A stretch of DNA of 63,471 bases. It comes from Pseudomonadales bacterium. Its GTDB lineage: Bacteria; Pseudomonadota; Gammaproteobacteria; Pseudomonadales; Azotimanducaceae. The position numbers and the translations under genes were made by a program. A model generated the notes under the pieces. That model saw nothing but the letters and a program-made list of their open reading frames with translations, was not told where the DNA came from and ran no database searches. The stretch lies in NCBI GenBank assembly GCA_007130155.1, contig SLTB01000004.1, forward strand, positions 1-63,471. The letters run 5' to 3'. Positions 59,399 through 63,471 of this stretch are shown here, piece by piece; the stretch's first letter is position 1, and each line of letters opens with the position of its first letter.

Positions 59399-59884
59399 GT
59401 GATCGATCGAGACGGTTTCCGCCCGAACGTCGGCATCATCCTGGCCAACGATCGTGGCCAGGTGCTCTGGGCGCGCAGAGTGGGTGGTCGTGACGCCTGG
59501 CAGTTCCCGCAGGGCGGGATCCAGGACGAAGAGACCCCGGAAGAGGCCATGTACCGTGAGCTCTGGGAGGAGGTGGGTCTTACCCCGGAGGCGGTAAAGG
59601 TAGTGGCTTGCACCCGCGGATGGCTTCGCTACCGTCTGCCCCGGCGCATGCTCAGAAATAACGCGACGCCGAAGTTCGTCGGACAGAAACAGAAGTGGTT
59701 CCTGCTGCGCATGGAGGCCGCCGATGGCGCGGTCTGTGTGTCGGCCTGCGACAAACCCGAGTTCGACTTCTGGCGCTGGGTGAGTTACTGGTACCCGCTG
59801 GGTCAGGTGGTATCTTTCAAGCGCGACGTCTACCGCCGTGCCCTGGCTGAGCTCGCTCCCAGCCTCCCTTCAGGCGGCGCATGA
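59399..59884 (+). CDS. rppH: RNA pyrophosphohydrolase
   Basis: 161 aa, GTG start. [16 protein letters not shown]-terminus and Nudix box [23 protein letters not shown]. Followed by ptsP, as in other proteobacteria. Confidence 0.95.
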   Translation: MIDRDGFRPNVGIILANDRGQVLWARRVGGRDAWQFPQGGIQDEETPEEAMYRELWEEVGLTPEAVKVVACTRGWLRYRLPRRMLRNNATPKFVGQKQKWFLLRMEAADGAVCVSACDKPEFDFWRWVSYWYPLGQVVSFKRDVYRRALAELAPSLPSGGA

Positions 59885-62193
59885 CGCCCTCCATCGACTC
59901 TGGATTGCCCATGCTCGACACGCTGCGTAGCATCGTGCAAGAGGTCAACGCGGTTCCAGATCTGGACGCCGCGTTGGCCATCATCGTACGGCGGGTCCGC
60001 GAGGCCATGGGTACCCAGGTCTGCTCCGTCTATCTGGCGGACCAGGTGTCCGGGCGCTTCATGTTCATGGCCACCGAGGGTCTGAACGAGGCCATGGTCG
60101 GCCACTTATCGCTGGGGCAGGGGGAAGGGCTGGTAGGCCTGGTGGGGCAGCGGGCCGAGCCCATCAATTTGAACGATGCGCCGGGTCACCCCAACTATCA
60201 CTACTTCCCCGAAATCGGCGAGGAGCCTTTCAACGCCTTTCTCGGCGTACCCATTATCCACCACCGCCGCGTGCTGGGCGTGCTGGTGGTACAGCAGCAC
60301 GCCCGTCGTCGCTTCGACGAGAGCGAAGAGGCCTTCCTCGTCACCCTTTCGGCGCAACTCGCCGGCGTCATCGCCCATGCTGAAGCCACGGGTGGCATGG
60401 ACCAGCTTGGCCAGCGCGGCGCCGAGCGGCAGGATGCCCGCTTCATCGGCGTCGCGGGTGCGCCCGGTGTGGCCATTGGCATGTCGGTGCTCATGTTCCC
60501 GCCGGCCAATCTCGATGCGGTCCCGGACAAGGAAACCGAGGACATTACGGTCGAACTGCTGTTGTTCGATCGGGCGCTGAACGCGGCCCGAAGCGACATC
60601 ACTTCCCTTCGGGACAAGCTCGCCAGTGCGCTTGCTCCCCAGGAGCAGGCCCTGTTCGACGCTTACCTGCATATGCTCGACGATCGCGCGCTAGGCGGCG
60701 AAATCACCGCCCTGATCCGCCAGGGTCAGTGGGCTCAGGGTGCTCTGAAGAAGGTGATCGCAGAGCACGTGGCCCATTTTGAACTCATGGAAGACTCCTA
60801 CCTCCGCGAGCGGGCAGCGGACGTCAAGGAGCTCGGTCAGCGGGTGCTCGCTCATCTGCAGGAGGCGGCGCGGCCAAAGAAACACTTCCCTGAGAAGACC
60901 ATCATCATCGGTGAGGAGATCACGCCCGGGATGCTCGGGGAGGTGCCTGAGGAGCGGCTCGCCGGCATTGTTTCCATGCGGGGTTCGGGCAACTCTCATA
61001 TTGCCATCCTCGCCCGGGCCATGGGCGTCCCCACGGTCATGGGTGCCGTGGACCTGCCGTTGTCGCAGCTCCAGGGCCGGGAGCTGATCGTCGACGGCTT
61101 CTACGGGCAAGTGTATGCGAATCCGACCCGGACCTTGCGTGAGCATTACGAAGAGGTCATCGAGGACGAGCGCCAGTTCTTTGCCGGTCTCGGTGAACTG
61201 CGTGATCAGCCCTGTGAAACCACCGACGGTCATCGCATTGCGCTTTGGGTGAACATCGGTCTGTCCGTAGACGTGGAACGGTCGCTGGACCGGGGGGCCG
61301 AGGGCGTCGGTCTTTACCGGACCGAGATTCCGTTCATGTCTGCGGACCGGTTCCCCACCGAGGAAGAACAGCGGGTGATGTACCGGGAATCCATGGTGGC
61401 GTTCAATCCCCGACCCGTGACCATGCGCACCCTGGACATCGGTGGCGACAAGGCCCTGACCTACTTTCCTATCCAGGAAGAGAACCCCTTCCTCGGCTGG
61501 CGAGGCATTCGGGTGACTCTTGATCATCCGGAGATCCTGCTTGTGCAGGTGCGGGCCATGATGAAGGCCAGCGCGGGCCTGAAGAGTCACCTGCGGATCA
61601 TGCTGCCGATGATCACCAACCTGTCGGAGGTGGAGGAGGCGCTGGGGTTGATCTACCGCTCCTACGATGAGTTGCTCGACGAGGGACATGAGATCCGCAA
61701 GCCGGAAGTGGGCGTGATGATCGAAGTTCCGGCGGCGGCCTATCAGTCGCGCCTGATCGCGGACAAGGTGGACTTTCTGGCAGTAGGCAGCAACGACCTC
61801 ACTCAGTACATGTTGGCGGTGGACCGCAATAATCCGCGGGTGGCCGATCTATACCAGGACCTGCACCCGGCTGTGCTCGGTGCCATCCGCTGGGTGGCGG
61901 ATTCCGCCCGGGCGGCCGGCAAGCCTTCCGGGATCTGTGGAGAGCTGGCGGGCAACCCGGCCGCGGCCGTGTTGCTGATGGGCATGGGTTTCGATGTGCT
62001 GTCGATGAACTCCACCAACCTGCCTAAAGTGAAGTGGGTGCTGCGTTCGTTCAGCCTTGCCCGGGCCCAGGAGCTGACGGCTCAGGCCCTTGGGATGCAT
62101 TCTGCGGAGGCCATCGTGGAGTTCATGCACGGGGTGCTTGTGGCAGAAGGTCTTGGTCGCGCGATCCGCCCGGATCCCCGCGTCGCGGCCTGA
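59881..62193 (+). CDS. ptsP: phosphoenolpyruvate-protein phosphotransferase PtsP (EI-Ntr)
   Basis: 770 aa. N-terminal GAF domain, phospho-His region [19 protein letters not shown], and PEP-utilising C-domain GSNDLTQY. Its start overlaps the rppH stop. Confidence 0.95.
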   Translation: MTPSIDSGLPMLDTLRSIVQEVNAVPDLDAALAIIVRRVREAMGTQVCSVYLADQVSGRFMFMATEGLNEAMVGHLSLGQGEGLVGLVGQRAEPINLNDAPGHPNYHYFPEIGEEPFNAFLGVPIIHHRRVLGVLVVQQHARRRFDESEEAFLVTLSAQLAGVIAHAEATGGMDQLGQRGAERQDARFIGVAGAPGVAIGMSVLMFPPANLDAVPDKETEDITVELLLFDRALNAARSDITSLRDKLASALAPQEQALFDAYLHMLDDRALGGEITALIRQGQWAQGALKKVIAEHVAHFELMEDSYLRERAADVKELGQRVLAHLQEAARPKKHFPEKTIIIGEEITPGMLGEVPEERLAGIVSMRGSGNSHIAILARAMGVPTVMGAVDLPLSQLQGRELIVDGFYGQVYANPTRTLREHYEEVIEDERQFFAGLGELRDQPCETTDGHRIALWVNIGLSVDVERSLDRGAEGVGLYRTEIPFMSADRFPTEEEQRVMYRESMVAFNPRPVTMRTLDIGGDKALTYFPIQEENPFLGWRGIRVTLDHPEILLVQVRAMMKASAGLKSHLRIMLPMITNLSEVEEALGLIYRSYDELLDEGHEIRKPEVGVMIEVPAAAYQSRLIADKVDFLAVGSNDLTQYMLAVDRNNPRVADLYQDLHPAVLGAIRWVADSARAAGKPSGICGELAGNPAAAVLLMGMGFDVLSMNSTNLPKVKWVLRSFSLARAQELTAQALGMHSAEAIVEFMHGVLVAEGLGRAIRPDPRVAA

Positions 62194-62382
62194 AAGCCTG
62201 TGCTCAGGGCTTCAATGGGCCTTCTTGCAGACACCCCCTGCCGAGGAGCCCGGCGCTATCGGCAAAGGAAGCAGGGGGCGGCTGCAGCGTGCTTTTGCAG
62301 TGGTCTACCCACTACCTTGGTGGATCGCTACAGATGCCCTGCCAAGTCGAAGGGATGCGTCACTCATCAGAGTGAGCTTCCG

Positions 62383-63198
62383 TCACGCCCTGGCGGCCCC
62401 TGAGCCCTGGGCAGGCGACGAGGGCGGCGCCTGGGTGTACTGGAAGCTGAAGTCCTTGCGCCCGATGCGGCGGCCCTCCGCCGCGAAACCGATTTCGGTG
62501 AACTGAATCTCCCCTGAACCCCGGGCCACGACCACCGTGCTGGCACGGGTGCCGTAAACGGGGCCGCGGATGAAACAGGGTGTGATCCTGCTGGCATGGC
62601 TTGGATCGAGACCGGAGGCGGCGATCTCGTCCGCGGTAGCTGCGGTTTCATCGGCCAGCAGCGCCAGCAGTTCGTCCACATCCGGTTGCTGTTCTGATTC
62701 CTCGAATACGGCCAGGGCCGACTTGCCGCGCTTGACCCGGGGCCATTCGGTGTCCAGCAGGTGGTTGGAGAGGCCGTAGGTGCCGGGTTCGAGCCGCTGG
62801 GGCCGGGGCAGACGGTTGGAGTAGTACCAGAGCTCCTCGCCGTCGCTGACCAGCAGATTGAAACCCCTGTACGCCTCGCTGTGGTGGGCGATGCCCTCCA
62901 AATACGGTTCTGGCCCCATGGTCCCTGACAGGAAGTCGCTCACCAGAGCGCCCCTGGAGCGCGGTGGCAAGGGCTCGAGGGGCTCCTCGCTGAAATTGGT
63001 GACGGCGGCGAAACGCCCGCTCCTGGAGACGCCGAGCCAGGTGCCACCCGCTTCGAGGTCGCGGCCTGCCAGCACCCGCGGCTGGTCCTGCCAGAAGGCA
63101 GCGGCCGCTGCCGGCCTGCCGTGGAACTCGTCCCGATTGGCGGCGACGATCAGCGGGAACTGGGGATGGACCCGGTGGGCTAACAGGATCAGGCACAC
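62383..63198 (-). CDS. NRDE family protein (DUF833/TANGO2-like)
   Basis: 271 aa, GTG start. N-terminal MCLILLAH and the eponymous IVAANRDEF motif. Confidence 0.85.
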   Translation of the reverse strand: MCLILLAHRVHPQFPLIVAANRDEFHGRPAAAAAFWQDQPRVLAGRDLEAGGTWLGVSRSGRFAAVTNFSEEPLEPLPPRSRGALVSDFLSGTMGPEPYLEGIAHHSEAYRGFNLLVSDGEELWYYSNRLPRPQRLEPGTYGLSNHLLDTEWPRVKRGKSALAVFEESEQQPDVDELLALLADETAATADEIAASGLDPSHASRITPCFIRGPVYGTRASTVVVARGSGEIQFTEIGFAAEGRRIGRKDFSFQYTQAPPSSPAQGSGAARA

Positions 63199-63258
63199 GG
63201 CGGGCAGGCTCTGTCACGGCTAAAGGAGCGAGTCTAGCCCGCATCGCTCACCGATTCA

Positions 63259-63368
63259 GCATCCTGGCTCGGTTGGTAACCCCCCGCGTGCAGATCAATC
63301 GCGTCAGTGATTGATCAGTCGTGCCCGATCTGCGGACATGTGCCGCAGATCGGCCTTAACCCGAGAAT
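63259..63368. mobile_element. 110-bp MITE-like insertion flanked by 12-bp direct repeats CTCACCGATTCA
   Basis: Direct repeats lie at 63247..63258 and 63369..63380. The uninterrupted homologous sequence at 27272..27346 has a single copy of this 12-mer. The insert has two perfect hairpins (GATCAATC/GATTGATC and GATCTGCGG/CCGCAGATC) and weak terminal inverted similarity. A related copy is at 55361..55427. Confidence 0.6.
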
Positions 63369-63416
63369 CTCACCGATTCACGGCTGCGGACGCGGATATG
63401 CCGGCCAATCCTGCCG

Positions 63417-63471
63417 GTCCGCCAGTCCGCCAGTCCGCCAGTCCGCCAGTCCGCCAGTCCGCCAGTCCGCC
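63417..63471. repeat. octanucleotide tandem repeat (GTCCGCCA)n, at least 6.9 copies, truncated by the window end
   Basis: Read directly. The homologous position at 27272..27282 carries a single unit. Confidence 0.9.

Noticed and set aside
58153-59613. 486-aa minus-strand ORF spanning rlmI and the rppH start
   Set aside because: Antisense to two motif-supported genes, with Arg/Pro-rich composition.
62648-63244. 198-aa ORF starting MRAR (the same first residues as UbiH) overlapping the NRDE gene
   Set aside because: The shared start is a by-product of the duplicated ubiH 5' segment. The rest is out of frame with the motif-bearing NRDE ORF and is Arg/Pro-rich.

Overview
Visibly GC-rich chromosomal DNA (GC not computed) with gammaproteobacterial gene order. 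About 50 supportable protein genes and one ncRNA; I saw no rRNA, tRNA, CRISPR array, transposase or integrase. The core is a block syntenic with the E. coli b2903-b2912 neighbourhood: on the minus strand a ZapB-like gene, zapA, 6S RNA (ssrS) and 5-formyl-THF cyclo-ligase; on the plus strand ygfB-pepP-ubiH-gcvT-gcvH-gcvPA-gcvPB. Other housekeeping units are serA divergent from an FAD-linked D-2-hydroxyacid dehydrogenase, rpiA/ilvA, def, dbpA, rlmI and rppH-ptsP. Redox and oxygenase genes are interspersed: P450, Baeyer-Villiger monooxygenase, two luciferase-like oxidoreductases, Zn-ADH, ferredoxin, ABM, enoyl-CoA hydratase, three GST-type proteins and glutathione peroxidase. Main items for a second look: (1) an uncharacterised three-gene module at 43.5-48.5 kb, two paralogous, very acidic multi-repeat lipoproteins bracketing an HTH-like protein, behind an AT-rich island and next to a decayed, repeat-bearing zone; (2) a thioredoxin-fold gene split by one in-frame TGA at the redox-active position (WAPY-U-GC), a candidate selenoprotein; (3) tandem exported arginase-fold paralogs, the second lacking 3 of 6 canonical Mn ligands; (4) a 9-mer (GGACATCCA) in 19-bp-period arrays in two unlinked intergenic regions; (5) several short structured repeat families, including a 110-bp insertion flanked by 12-bp direct repeats inside a duplicated copy of the ubiH 5' region; (6) a frameshifted dynamin-like GTPase and a truncated GFA-family remnant. 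Homology calls come from reading translated ORFs and remembered family motifs; no database search was run.
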